Source: Kiritimatiellia bacterium (GTDB lineage: Bacteria > Verrucomicrobiota > Kiritimatiellia > RFP12 > UBA1067). From it: a DNA stretch of 51,301 nucleotides. Shown here one piece after another: positions 25,701-33,588 of this stretch (position 1 is its first letter; every line of letters starts with the position of its first letter). The notes beneath the pieces were generated by a model. The model had not been told where the DNA came from. It was given only the letters and a program-made list of their open reading frames with translations, and did not search any database. A program made the position numbers and the translations under genes. Location: positions 1 to 51,301 of the forward strand of contig JAGBTH010000029.1 of NCBI GenBank assembly GCA_017631385.1, written 5' to 3'.

Positions 25701-28700
25701 TATAACGCTTATCGCCCTCTCTAAAGAAAACCTTATTAGGGTAACTTACGCCAGGCTGAAAGTCTACCGAAAGCTCATAATGCTCCCTATCTTCACCATA
25801 AAGACGGTATGAAGAAATCTCACCATCCTCAAAGAAGCTTAAGATTCTCTTTACTCTTTCATCGTCCACATATTCACGGTAAAGCGAAATGGAGTTATCC
25901 CAGAAGTGCAAAGTAGGCCCAATCATTTTACCATTCTCGTCGTACTTCTCACGGCGAGAAATCCGACCTTCCATATCATAAATGATCAAATCGCCTACAG
26001 GCTTACCGCTCTTATACTTAGCGTAGGATCTAACTCCCCCATGACTCCACCAAGTCCAATAATCTCCTTCGAGCTTACCGTTCTTCCAATTCGATACCTC
26101 ACATCTTTGCTCAGGCGAAGACCACTCCTCATACTTTCCGTTAGTCCTGTTACCCTTCCAAAGTTTACCGACGCTGCGCCAAATACCGTTAATGTACTCG
26201 CTTACGCCCATTCTTCCCAACTCATCGCCTGGAATAACCCCAGTTATCGGGATTCCCTCATGGCTCTTATCTTCCCTGTCCCACCATTCTTCAGCAACAA
26301 CCGAAGGTAGGATTTTACTTAAATCCACCTCGGGGTGCGTATGACGTAGCCAGTTAATTTCATTAAGCCCCGTATGAGCGTTATAGTATTCATCTCTCCA
26401 TGGCTCAAAGAACTGATCCCACTTATCAGCCTGCTCCAATGTCATATCGCTTGCGTCTGTAGCCATAAACGCAAGAAGCTTACCATTGCGGAACGCTACC
26501 TTCTTCGGGATTGCGGCGTAATGATGCCAATACTGATATGAGTGTTTAGTTAAGTTTCCATAACCATCGCCCTGCAAAAGGCACCAGGGGCTTGCGTCCT
26601 TGCCCCAATGCGTATTTATAATCTGACGCATGGCGAGCTGCCCGACAGGACGGCGAATAGTACCTAACTCTACTTCGAGGTATCGCTCACTTACGCCAGA
26701 ATCCAATAGAGCTTTAGCCTCTTCGGTTATCTCCTCCGTTTCATCGACATCATAAACGACAAGCCCATTAGGTAGTATCGTCTTATTCGATAGAGCTGAA
26801 ACGGTATCAGGATCTATCGGCTTTTCTTTCGGTAAATGCTGCGGGAACTGAATAAATATATCTTCCGGATTCTTAAACTTAAAAGGATCTACCTTCGCCC
26901 TCTCGGAGGTGAAAATAGCCTTATCAATCTTAAACTCATCTTGAGGTAAGATGATTGCTCCTGTTATCGTCCAATGAACCGCGAGCTTTTCTTTCTTTGT
27001 ATTCTCATATCCGTTAATAATGTCGAGAATCTTCTCTATTTTACTTTCTTCCAAGTCAGGTCGATGCTTGCCGATTAAGCGCGAATACTCCGCTCTCTTT
27101 CTCGCACCAATAGAAAAGCGGCTATTATCTAAAGAAGTATACTCATCCCAATCTACGAGGCTTTCAACCTCATAGCCCGCATCAGGGAAAAATAGTCTCG
27201 CTTTCTTGGAGTTCCCCTTAGGCGGCAAAACCCAACCGCGCGATGGCGCCACATCATCAAACGGCTTATCATTAACATCACGAAATGCACCATCACTTCT
27301 TAAAATACTCCAGGAGTGGAACTTTATATCAAGAAATTCGGCAGCCTCCTTAATCCATTTAATATCCTCTATCTCCTTAATCTCCCCATATGAAGATTGC
27401 CTAATGGGTTCTGTTCTAATAAACGCTACCTTGGGAGCACCCCACCTAATCGCGGTTTTAAGCATTTCTCTCGGGTGCATATTTATATGGTTCATCGTAC
27501 CTAAGAATATAGGTGTCGGCGCTCCCATTGGGATATCGCGATTATCAAGCTGAATCGCCCAAATGGAAATTTGCTCATCGAGCTTATTAAACCAATCAAA
27601 ACCACGATGATTAAAGATATAATAATATGAATAATCAGCAATGTCTCCCGCGCTCTTTAAGGGCTTACGTCTTGCGGTTGAGTACATTTCACCTGTGACG
27701 ACTGACGCGCCCGACTCAGGCATTACGCCTTTATCATACCAGGCTTTAAGGTCTGAGAGAATCTTACCAGTCGAAGTCTTAAGGGTATAAGTAGCTGTAA
27801 AGAGCGTCTCGCCTACTTCATTATCGACATCGACATAAATACTCTCTTCGCCAGAATCCTCGGCCAATTCCTTATTGCGCTCAATGACATCATAGAGAGT
27901 ATCAAACTGCGCCTCTGTCGGACGACGTGCAACTTCAATACCCTCACCCGACTTAATTCTGACGGCGCCTCCGCCAAGGACATCGAGGTAGCTACCCATA
28001 TTGCTTTCGCTATCTTCTCGCGCAATAAGGTTAATTAAACCTTCATGACTTGGAAACTCACCAATCCCGCCTTTAATCATTACGGGCGTGGGGACCTTGC
28101 CGCTCGGCAAAAGCCACTGCGCATGCGTATAGTCGCTTGTCGTACCAAAGCGCTTCTCAACAAAATCAAACTCCTCCTGTGTAGCAGCTCTCGGGACATA
28201 CTTCCTCATCCCGACAGAGTACATCTGCTTACCGTTGCGCCACTTATGAAGCGAGGTGAGCTTCCCGGTATTGTATACGACAAAGATATTACCTAAGCCC
28301 TCGCCCGCGTACTCCTTCGTTCCGTCAATGCCGGCACGAATCATCACATCGGCCATTTCAAGCTTAGTGAGGCTCTCGCCGTCTTCCTTAACGACACGCT
28401 TTAGATATGTCTCAATCCTTATTCCTGTCGTGCGCGTTTCATCCCTAAAGAAGTTCTCAGGAGCCTTCCAGCCCATCATGGCTACAATCTCCTGAACTCT
28501 TTGAGCCGCATCGGGATTAGGGCCTTGAGAGTCGATAAAGGACATCTCATCCCCATCATACTTAAACTGATAGAGATAGACAGGTGAGAAGAACTTACCT
28601 AATTTTGCGATAATCGTATTATGAGAGGGGGCGAAATAACCATATCCTGCGGCAACGTGCCCCCAATACTCGGCATCAACCTTTCTGTCAGTTAAATAAA

Positions 28701-31700
28701 AGCCGTTCCCTTGAGCGGCAAAGCCAGTACCTGAACCTAAATAAGATAGGTCAGGCGTATTAAAGTTAGCTCCACTACCATGCCAGAGCGAGACGGAATA
28801 AAATCCGCTCTTTTCGCGCTGAGTCGTAAGAATCTCATCCTTTGTTGGCGGCGTAAAGTCTCCGAGAAGATCCGCGGTATCGGTATTAGTCGCATAGACA
28901 TTCTTTAGATAAGCTTCAATCTCTTTTATAATTAAGTCTTGCGCCCTTTTGCGTCCCGCCTTTGTATCGCTCTCACCGTCAGACTGAAAACTTCTTAACT
29001 CCTGCGACGCGGCGAAAAGGTCTCCTAAGATGGATGCAGCAGGGCCAGGCTTGGAGAACATATCCCCCTTATAATTTACCCACGCCGTCGGACGGGACTT
29101 ATTCTTGCGCCATTCGGTTTTATTCTTACCCGCCTTTGCGCGAGCGTCCTCATCCTGATTGCGCCACTCTTGATACCAGGTAAGCGCTTCTAAGATGTCA
29201 GGCCTTAAATCATATTCCTTCTTCGCGGGATCACTTACAAGCTTTAGAAGCTCTGGCGCTAAACGCATTAAAGCTCTCATCTCATTTTCCATATCGAGAT
29301 GAATTTGCTTTTCCATAATAGCCTGCACGACTTTAGGATTAGTGCCGCCCAGGAGCGCAGCTAAAATACCATTCATCAGCCGCTTTTGACCCTCTTCAGT
29401 AATATGCCCATCATCATCGACGATACCCTGAGCGCGAGAAAGCTGACGAAAGACCCCAATCGGATTTACTGCGGCGCCTCCCGACTTCTTCTCTTCCTCA
29501 TCTTTAATAAGACCTGTCTCAGGATCTATCTGAAATAGAGGAATCAAATTTTTAGAGATAAGTATTCTCGCATCCTTAGCGGCGGTCTCAAATACATTAA
29601 GCCCGCGCTGAACAGTATCATTCGTATCTTCCGCTATCTCGGCAATCGTGGGTACTCTCTCGCCCTCCTTTACTTCGACAGATACAAATCTACAAATTAT
29701 AATCGGGGCTTCTGCCGCGTGTTCAGAAACCTCAAGTCCGCGCTCTTTCGCTTCCTCAAGGACTTGCGCCTTAAAGCGCTCAATCTTCTCGCCTCCACGC
29801 TCATACGCAAGCTGCAAGCCTCTCATGTGATGGTTACCGTCCAATACATCGCCAGTGGGAGATACAAGCGGAGCACCAGAGCCGGTAAACTCCATTACTC
29901 GACCGCCCTTTGAATAATCAGGGTCAGCCGCAATTTCTTCTACGAGCGCATGAGAATCATCGCTTGTTATGTCGCGTCCCTGATTTGCCGCGTCGAATCC
30001 CTCGCTCCAGCTTGTCCTGATGCCGTCAAAGATATTAACGACTTCAAGCTTCGCATGAATTTTGTAACTCTTCTTAGGAACGCGCTTTATTACATAATCG
30101 CCCTTATCCCATTCAGGACGCGTTATCTTGGAGGTATCAGGTATCGGGGATCGGGGATCAGAGGAGTCAGAGGGATGAGGTATGGGGGATGAGGGATGAG
30201 GGGAGACATCTTCCTTTGCAGGGGCTATCGGAAGCTCATCGTCTTTTCTCATCCCCTCTTTCTGATCCCTGATACCTGATCCCTGATCCCTAACAACTAT
30301 CTTGTCGATTCCTAATTCTCCCGAACCAAGTTTACCAGCCAAGACGGCATCATAAAAACTTCTTAAATTAAAGCTCCTACCCTCACCCATCATCTGACCT
30401 ATAATGGTCTCACGCGATTTACTCGTAGCGTCTCTTACCTCATTTACGCCCATCGAACCAAAGACCTTCGCCGCCCATGCCTGGAAGCGCTCGAATGCCG
30501 TAGACATGGAATTTACGACATAATGCCCGCTTGCGTATTCTTCCATCTGATGCGCCATAGCTTCATCAAGTCGCCCCTCCCAACCTTCGGAATTAGTATC
30601 TATTCCAAGACCTGAAGCTAAACGCTTTTGCTCTTCCTCTGTAACAATTTCTTTTGCAAACTTCCAGAGCGCATGGAAAGTCTCATGTCGTACCGTCGAC
30701 TGCCTCGCCGCCATACCATAGCCGATGTCACCCAATCGGCCAGTCGCGAGGTTAATAATGGCGTCGGCAGAAACCGAAACTTCCGTACCATCCTTTCGGC
30801 GCATGGCGATAGTACCAGACCCGCCCGTATAGCCGTTGACGACCATAAGCGCCTCCCTACGGCGCTCCGCGTCGCTAAGTTCTCCCCAGGTTCGAGCGTT
30901 GTTGCCATTTGCGCGAACGCGCTCATCGTACGAAACGCCTAAAGTAGAATCGAGAGCTGCGGCCTTAGAAAGCTCAACCTCGTTAATACTCCCGTCGGCA
31001 TTAAAGAATACTCCATCCTGCCTACGGTAAACGATAGTCTTTTGCCCCTTCTTAATCCATCCTTCATCACTCTTTCGACCGACTCTGACCCTCGCGACAT
31101 AAATGCCGCGCTCCTCGTCAGCTTCAAAACTCCCTTTAATATAACCAGGCAACAAAGACTCAATGGTCGACTCGTTGATTCTCACTCCCGAAAAGAATTG
31201 GTCGACCATACTTCTCGCTCTTGGATCGAACCTCGCGGTCTCCTCCTCTTCCTCAAGAAGTTGCGCTACCGCCTCAGCGGTTTTCACGTCTACGCGCATT
31301 TCCTCAGCAAGCCTGAAAACAATATCGCTCTGACCGTCATCTTCTTCATAAATCGTCCTCGCCCGCGTCAAAGCGTCCATAACCTCGACTTCTCTTTTAT
31401 TCTCCTCCTGCTCCTGACTAACCCCTGACTCCTCGCCCTTAACTCCTGCGCCTTCGCCGCCCTCATCCGTCTTCCTCCTTCTTTCATCACTCATCCGCCA
31501 GGCTTCTTCAATTGAGCGCCTAACATCCATTTCACGCTGATAAAGGTTAATAATCCCCTCATCGTAATTATTTAAGCCCGTAAGCTTTTTACCAAGTGCG
31601 TTTCTCACTCTACGCCTTACAAGCTGCCCAGGAACAGACGTTACACCAAATGCGACAGATCCTGGTAGCATATCTTCGACAGTCAACAAATAAGTCTTCA

Positions 31701-33588
31701 AGTCTTCCGTCGAGAAAGATAAGAGGCGCTTAATTTCAGGAATGATCCTTTTATCGAGAGGCTTGCCGTCCTTGGTAAGTTCATGCGCGAGCTGATCTAC
31801 CGCGATACCATGACGCCTTACTATTTCCTGCAACGGTTCTTCTACCCAACCTTCAGTAATACCGACTCTTAAGCCCTCGGTGATATACTTACTCATGAAG
31901 TTCTTAGCATACTGTCCAAATGTCCCTTCCTGCAAGCTTCGCCGCATAGCGTTAAACCCAAGAGACTTTAATTCCGCTTTCGTAAGTGACGACTCCAACC
32001 CAGGAATAACGAGATGCTCGATTCTATCGTTAATTAGTCCCACCCATAAGGCAGTCCATACAGACTCCTCACGGCTTACACCTGCGAGAGTGGCAGCATC
32101 AATATACTCCTGAGCGAATGACGAAAAGGCGCTACCTCTCGCTACAAGCCAAGCGGCATCTAATCCACCCTTCGCAGCGGAATACGCCGTTCGCATTCTT
32201 TTAAGTTGCTGAAGTTCTCTTGTATACTTATCTACAGAAATCAACAACCTGTTGATGGTTTCATTAGTATACTTTGATCCCCCTGCCATGGGAGAGAGGC
32301 GGCTAAATAAAGAGACATTGAGCATATCCTTTAAGGCCGCAGTCTTAGCAGCTTTCTTAACGTCGGCTAAATTGTCGATAGCGGCGATAGTCTTTGAGAC
32401 CTTACCTCCCTTTGTCGCTATCTTACCCGCGCCACCGTATGGAATAATCCAATGTACATTTTCCATAAATACCTGGTAAGCCTCACCTCCAAAGCTTTGA
32501 GCATCAGGTAATGACTGCTGTTCGTAAAGTTTCGCCTGTTCAATAAGATTATAAGCTTTATAGAAGTCTTCACGCTCCTTAGCATCAAGCTCGATTTTCG
32601 CCCAGGCTCCGATTGCGGTATCTTTAGCTAATCCATATAAGTCAGTACCAAGTGAGACAATAGACTGCTGAAGACCATATAGACCCATCTGAAATCTATC
32701 GCCCATCGTGCCGGTCGAGAAGTCTGTTTCGATGCCAAGAATACTACCCTTCTTTAAGTCTCCTCTCATCTGCGCGAATGTAGTCATAACCTTTAGACGC
32801 TCTTCCTCCTCAAGCGCCATGAGACCGTCGACATCGAGCTTTCCCTCAGCATAACTCTTAGCTAAGATATAACCCGCTAAGTCAGAAATATCTTGAACCA
32901 TCGTTAAGTATCTTACGAGCGGCTCACGCTTAGCGAGTTTAAGCTCATAGTCCCTAATTACATCAGCTTCATACTTGCGCTTCTCTTCATCGTTCATGCC
33001 GTTATAATGAAGAGTTCTTTGAGTCTTCTCTACGAGCTTACGCCCTTCGGGGTCTTTATCCTTCATGAGGTTATACCCTAAATCCTGCGTAGCGCACGTA
33101 GCTACAACAATCTCGCCCAATGTCGGCCCGCGCTCACCGTTTAAGGTGCTTGCTACCTTATTAAGTTTAGATTCACGGTCACGCGCATACTTAAACTTTT
33201 CTTCCCATGTCTTTTTACGCCACTCTTCAGCCTCAGGATCTTCAATAAGCCTATACTCCCCCTTAAAAAAGCGCCGCAATAACTCTACATTATTGCGCAT
33301 ATTATCAGACTTTCTTTTGCCGAAAAAGCTGCCGTCTTTATCTTCCATTCCCCATACGCCGCCGGTGACGCTTCGATAGAGAGCCGCTACTCCCTCATCC
33401 GTAAGACGCGAAATGTCAGTTTCAAAAAGCATATCGACGCTCGCTTTCCTGAGCGCCTTTGCTTCAAGCTTACTTTGATCCGCTTCAGTGCGGGTATAAT
33501 AATTTATCTGCGGCTCTCTAAGCCCGGTCTCATAAACCGTAGGCTTTCTTTCATTTAGACGCTTCTCCAGATTTTCCTTCTTGAACAT
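19756..33588 (-). CDS. Giant (about 4610 aa) polyvalent internal-virion/ejection protein in the gp16 position
   Basis: Uninterrupted 13.8-kb ORF. Start chosen at the ATG at 33588, preceded by AAGGAG; the track start at 33627 is also possible. Multiple enzymatic motifs are listed as sub-features. The C-terminal third contains hydrophobic segments. Confidence 0.85.
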   Translation of the reverse strand: MFKKENLEKRLNERKPTVYETGLREPQINYYTRTEADQSKLEAKALRKASVDMLFETDISRLTDEGVAALYRSVTGGVWGMEDKDGSFFGKRKSDNMRNNVELLRRFFKGEYRLIEDPEAEEWRKKTWEEKFKYARDRESKLNKVASTLNGERGPTLGEIVVATCATQDLGYNLMKDKDPEGRKLVEKTQRTLHYNGMNDEEKRKYEADVIRDYELKLAKREPLVRYLTMVQDISDLAGYILAKSYAEGKLDVDGLMALEEEERLKVMTTFAQMRGDLKKGSILGIETDFSTGTMGDRFQMGLYGLQQSIVSLGTDLYGLAKDTAIGAWAKIELDAKEREDFYKAYNLIEQAKLYEQQSLPDAQSFGGEAYQVFMENVHWIIPYGGAGKIATKGGKVSKTIAAIDNLADVKKAAKTAALKDMLNVSLFSRLSPMAGGSKYTNETINRLLISVDKYTRELQQLKRMRTAYSAAKGGLDAAWLVARGSAFSSFAQEYIDAATLAGVSREESVWTALWVGLINDRIEHLVIPGLESSLTKAELKSLGFNAMRRSLQEGTFGQYAKNFMSKYITEGLRVGITEGWVEEPLQEIVRRHGIAVDQLAHELTKDGKPLDKRIIPEIKRLLSFSTEDLKTYLLTVEDMLPGSVAFGVTSVPGQLVRRRVRNALGKKLTGLNNYDEGIINLYQREMDVRRSIEEAWRMSDERRRKTDEGGEGAGVKGEESGVSQEQEENKREVEVMDALTRARTIYEEDDGQSDIVFRLAEEMRVDVKTAEAVAQLLEEEEETARFDPRARSMVDQFFSGVRINESTIESLLPGYIKGSFEADEERGIYVARVRVGRKSDEGWIKKGQKTIVYRRQDGVFFNADGSINEVELSKAAALDSTLGVSYDERVRANGNNARTWGELSDAERRREALMVVNGYTGGSGTIAMRRKDGTEVSVSADAIINLATGRLGDIGYGMAARQSTVRHETFHALWKFAKEIVTEEEQKRLASGLGIDTNSEGWEGRLDEAMAHQMEEYASGHYVVNSMSTAFERFQAWAAKVFGSMGVNEVRDATSKSRETIIGQMMGEGRSFNLRSFYDAVLAGKLGSGELGIDKIVVRDQGSGIRDQKEGMRKDDELPIAPAKEDVSPHPSSPIPHPSDSSDPRSPIPDTSKITRPEWDKGDYVIKRVPKKSYKIHAKLEVVNIFDGIRTSWSEGFDAANQGRDITSDDSHALVEEIAADPDYSKGGRVMEFTGSGAPLVSPTGDVLDGNHHMRGLQLAYERGGEKIERFKAQVLEEAKERGLEVSEHAAEAPIIICRFVSVEVKEGERVPTIAEIAEDTNDTVQRGLNVFETAAKDARILISKNLIPLFQIDPETGLIKDEEEKKSGGAAVNPIGVFRQLSRAQGIVDDDGHITEEGQKRLMNGILAALLGGTNPKVVQAIMEKQIHLDMENEMRALMRLAPELLKLVSDPAKKEYDLRPDILEALTWYQEWRNQDEDARAKAGKNKTEWRKNKSRPTAWVNYKGDMFSKPGPAASILGDLFAASQELRSFQSDGESDTKAGRKRAQDLIIKEIEAYLKNVYATNTDTADLLGDFTPPTKDEILTTQREKSGFYSVSLWHGSGANFNTPDLSYLGSGTGFAAQGNGFYLTDRKVDAEYWGHVAAGYGYFAPSHNTIIAKLGKFFSPVYLYQFKYDGDEMSFIDSQGPNPDAAQRVQEIVAMMGWKAPENFFRDETRTTGIRIETYLKRVVKEDGESLTKLEMADVMIRAGIDGTKEYAGEGLGNIFVVYNTGKLTSLHKWRNGKQMYSVGMRKYVPRAATQEEFDFVEKRFGTTSDYTHAQWLLPSGKVPTPVMIKGGIGEFPSHEGLINLIAREDSESNMGSYLDVLGGGAVRIKSGEGIEVARRPTEAQFDTLYDVIERNKELAEDSGEESIYVDVDNEVGETLFTATYTLKTSTGKILSDLKAWYDKGVMPESGASVVTGEMYSTARRKPLKSAGDIADYSYYYIFNHRGFDWFNKLDEQISIWAIQLDNRDIPMGAPTPIFLGTMNHINMHPREMLKTAIRWGAPKVAFIRTEPIRQSSYGEIKEIEDIKWIKEAAEFLDIKFHSWSILRSDGAFRDVNDKPFDDVAPSRGWVLPPKGNSKKARLFFPDAGYEVESLVDWDEYTSLDNSRFSIGARKRAEYSRLIGKHRPDLEESKIEKILDIINGYENTKKEKLAVHWTITGAIILPQDEFKIDKAIFTSERAKVDPFKFKNPEDIFIQFPQHLPKEKPIDPDTVSALSNKTILPNGLVVYDVDETEEITEEAKALLDSGVSERYLEVELGTIRRPVGQLAMRQIINTHWGKDASPWCLLQGDGYGNLTKHSYQYWHHYAAIPKKVAFRNGKLLAFMATDASDMTLEQADKWDQFFEPWRDEYYNAHTGLNEINWLRHTHPEVDLSKILPSVVAEEWWDREDKSHEGIPITGVIPGDELGRMGVSEYINGIWRSVGKLWKGNRTNGKYEEWSSPEQRCEVSNWKNGKLEGDYWTWWSHGGVRSYAKYKSGKPVGDLIIYDMEGRISRREKYDENGKMIGPTLHFWDNSISLYREYVDDERVKRILSFFEDGEISSYRLYGEDREHYELSVDFQPGVSYPNKVFFREGDKRYRVRFSAENISAVTIGNDDGSAVEISYHDSGKITKIMETDSNGDIVNFKSWWHDENGNWSQVLGLFADKTTFRFSSEGKAVGIGRAATEEESNRKPEPMVTNEELGRMYPAIKGLEGMIKSRLAQVERERQEVIEKADKERGGIELPKFSVRLHRAKRDSVLLPKSAIAQMELDLYAERSEIKSERKKVMVDEAQKYTNFIKDYRPIMEDAFLRGNWKAALDFAEKHSMPIASNVLKDYYREPEFNTTELIGLSVKSIEDAAAILMTARSPFIESTKAIYLDRRRRILDAKILTIGQVGQAMIRKGTVLRNMPAKTAYVIFSHNHPSGVPSPSKPDKALTTSIKHELKAVGVKLLDHIITDGTKYYSFNYQCTMDAPENVVQPEWEVISGISQKTKSFRDISQVKDLINNFLRDDGESGHVIYLNSHNVSIGVRRIPAYEKFGGTLEEWVKIATLGAEDSAGVSALIDIGPGQYVPSKVKKIIKAISPAFAVRGVTIMDAFFEFDTEIRSARGSMSSEWESLAKNEYPETTEDLFNYPKYSIASRKLDWDSLPASLEKVVTSTSVQHLTGQDKEPEKYELFKFYRDRYMLNEARPMVDRWLKKEESKWLAKYLLAKYYGDIENALEVVKHRFSRNRIPVLKDFVDFTKPVKWVYVRNDDGKRTNRLPEAYAILLADAFGGEVETDIMKVSDERNTGATLKERVSREFQFAGKVEKGFQYVIVDDVWTTGQTTVSLMEYIIREGGVVSAVTTLATAANGARIKPTERLLQRVIEKGRINSVESANKFLGIDLRKATGSELQAYIVKGTAGVFGIQDWFSNAAPSLALDFASKGVARRGEGDSKAPSGIASNRDLFGHLSKEERRKVTTKPTQGAFQFSTSFPRLSEMDDDSLIAAALASRLALDKKDRMNSALKFDTVMKMVKKAHPTMSGDELRSRALAVQGETLKIARNIRSGLDKGVSESAILKALNDSLKPKFMSEMRREGREGAKVGAFGAKAEAMFERRTAEVMDEAVRVEAGIESDVFEAWAGVDFTETLLNALHNKFTDERGVLGKKTKKEDEEEADTSSTATGAEGEEEKKKKSLNVETMENPKVFAEYVRDLAAKYWREKHGLPEGANPWMNRLAIQFLRKTAANIYKKLVKSIMYSQSRDTAFKQILKLENIPTERGILSQMTYIGEIIHARHIREKREELCKKLEQLLKKEFGATGRFKPDKEELKRKVTAEAELRARYMLHAMWLTPEAASNEASELSRELTSMALEYEEAGRELEQSRIYVETIRKLSILREFGALKYKTPGEIESALRYWEELAQGARGKVLEAMEEREGRTKAAAAVFAKAFFNPRSSHAVEKGFNQALGNYLMGHMGFASLLEDMMRFSAEGDKTQALELVNYLMREIQKAGDRSASEMRRHGDDFHEAVEKIYRMSFKKVMSEMNREDLRFEKFMGLKGGKRVMPTKGRAMQLLVSLLQGEKEGSHYFENVKKWGRKGQASEIARLLSAEDMNLINWLGKWYEVNRKELSDISETLFGIGVYSEAANYFPVKMLLEKQGLEKVEGVSWTIFPKALTPRVFNLRDFDTSQDIFAIWASRMEEAAQWKGHAKLGLELRGIFGRSMLQETIVASHGNRANQLVLGFITDILSGHGAYDRTTNGIEWVSDQIRGWTALCALGGNVGVTFKQTTSIPAFGFEIGLVKTARYVVEAFTPAGMEAMKKLFASEQRKTRWQVGNTEAVKNALAKNDAGWFKRFMQASMITNKIGDLVPGLVVGQGIYRDCIARGMSEENAMAETWMIIERTQQSGRMENQTSVQRRNRLGRMMYQFLTTQQQYLQYEVKAIRAMIADPSLKNAGKVANTVILNHFILSSLYYWMGELYKAMLGSEPPEDQIADWVVGCLLGPYNSLFVLGFCCKATLDRFLKGSWAASRNDMVPMESFVKRTIGDSARVMEAVFDEERTTDELIDAIADLAAGLNPIVRDARRVSENLEEDEE
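23430..23800 (-). other. ComF/type-I phosphoribosyltransferase-like domain
   Basis: RNTGATLKERVSREFQFAG...QYVIVDDVWTTGQTTVSLMEYIIREGG, with the PRPP-binding loop VDDVxTTGxT at 23521-23547. Confidence 0.65.
24600..24900 (-). other. RadC-like JAB/MPN metalloprotease domain with an intact motif
   Basis: AYVIFSHNHPSGVPSPSKPDKALTTSIKHELKAVGVKLLDHIIT, with HNHPSG at 24721-24738. Confidence 0.75.
25470..26190 (-). other. MORN / YwqK-like repeat region
   Basis: Repeated G(K)xxGxxxxW/Y units: NGKYEEWSS...NGKLEGDYWTWWSHGGVRSYAKYKSGKPVGDLIIYDMEGRISRREKYDENGKMIGP... Confidence 0.5.
27380..27500 (-). other. Degenerate (probably inactive) RadC-like JAB domain
   Basis: GTMNHINMHPREMLKTAIRWGAPKVAFIRTEP follows the RadC pattern G(T)...VHPREVFK.A...A..vil.HNHPSG, but with the metal motif replaced. 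Confidence 0.35.
28500..28810 (-). other. PARP-like (H-Y-[EDQ] clade) ADP-ribosyltransferase domain
   Basis: SLWHGSGANFNTPDL...GNGFYLTD parallels PARP catalytic LWHGSRTTNFAGIL...GKGIYFAD. The third catalytic position is uncertain (YLYQFKYD). Confidence 0.55.
29760..29920 (-). other. ParB/sulfiredoxin-like domain motif region
   Basis: GDVLDGNHHMRGLQLAY (motif at 29815-29841) resembles the DGxHR box of ParB N-terminal domains. Confidence 0.45.
30133..30290. repeat. Nested inverted octamer-repeat structure lying in frame inside the giant gene
   Basis: GGTATCAGGTATCGGGGATCGGGGATCAG plus GGGATGAGGTATGGGGGATGAGGGATGAGGGG (30133-30203), opposed by CTCATCCCCTC (30248-58) and CTGATCCCTGATACCTGATCCCTGATCCC (30262-90). 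Translated as ...RDQGSGIRDQ...SPHPSSPIPHPSDSSDPRSPIP... Confidence 0.85.
30520..30730 (-). other. Zincin-like metallopeptidase motif region of the giant protein
   Basis: VRHETFHALWKF, with HExxH at 30673-30687, and downstream acidic EAMAHQMEEY. Confidence 0.55.
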
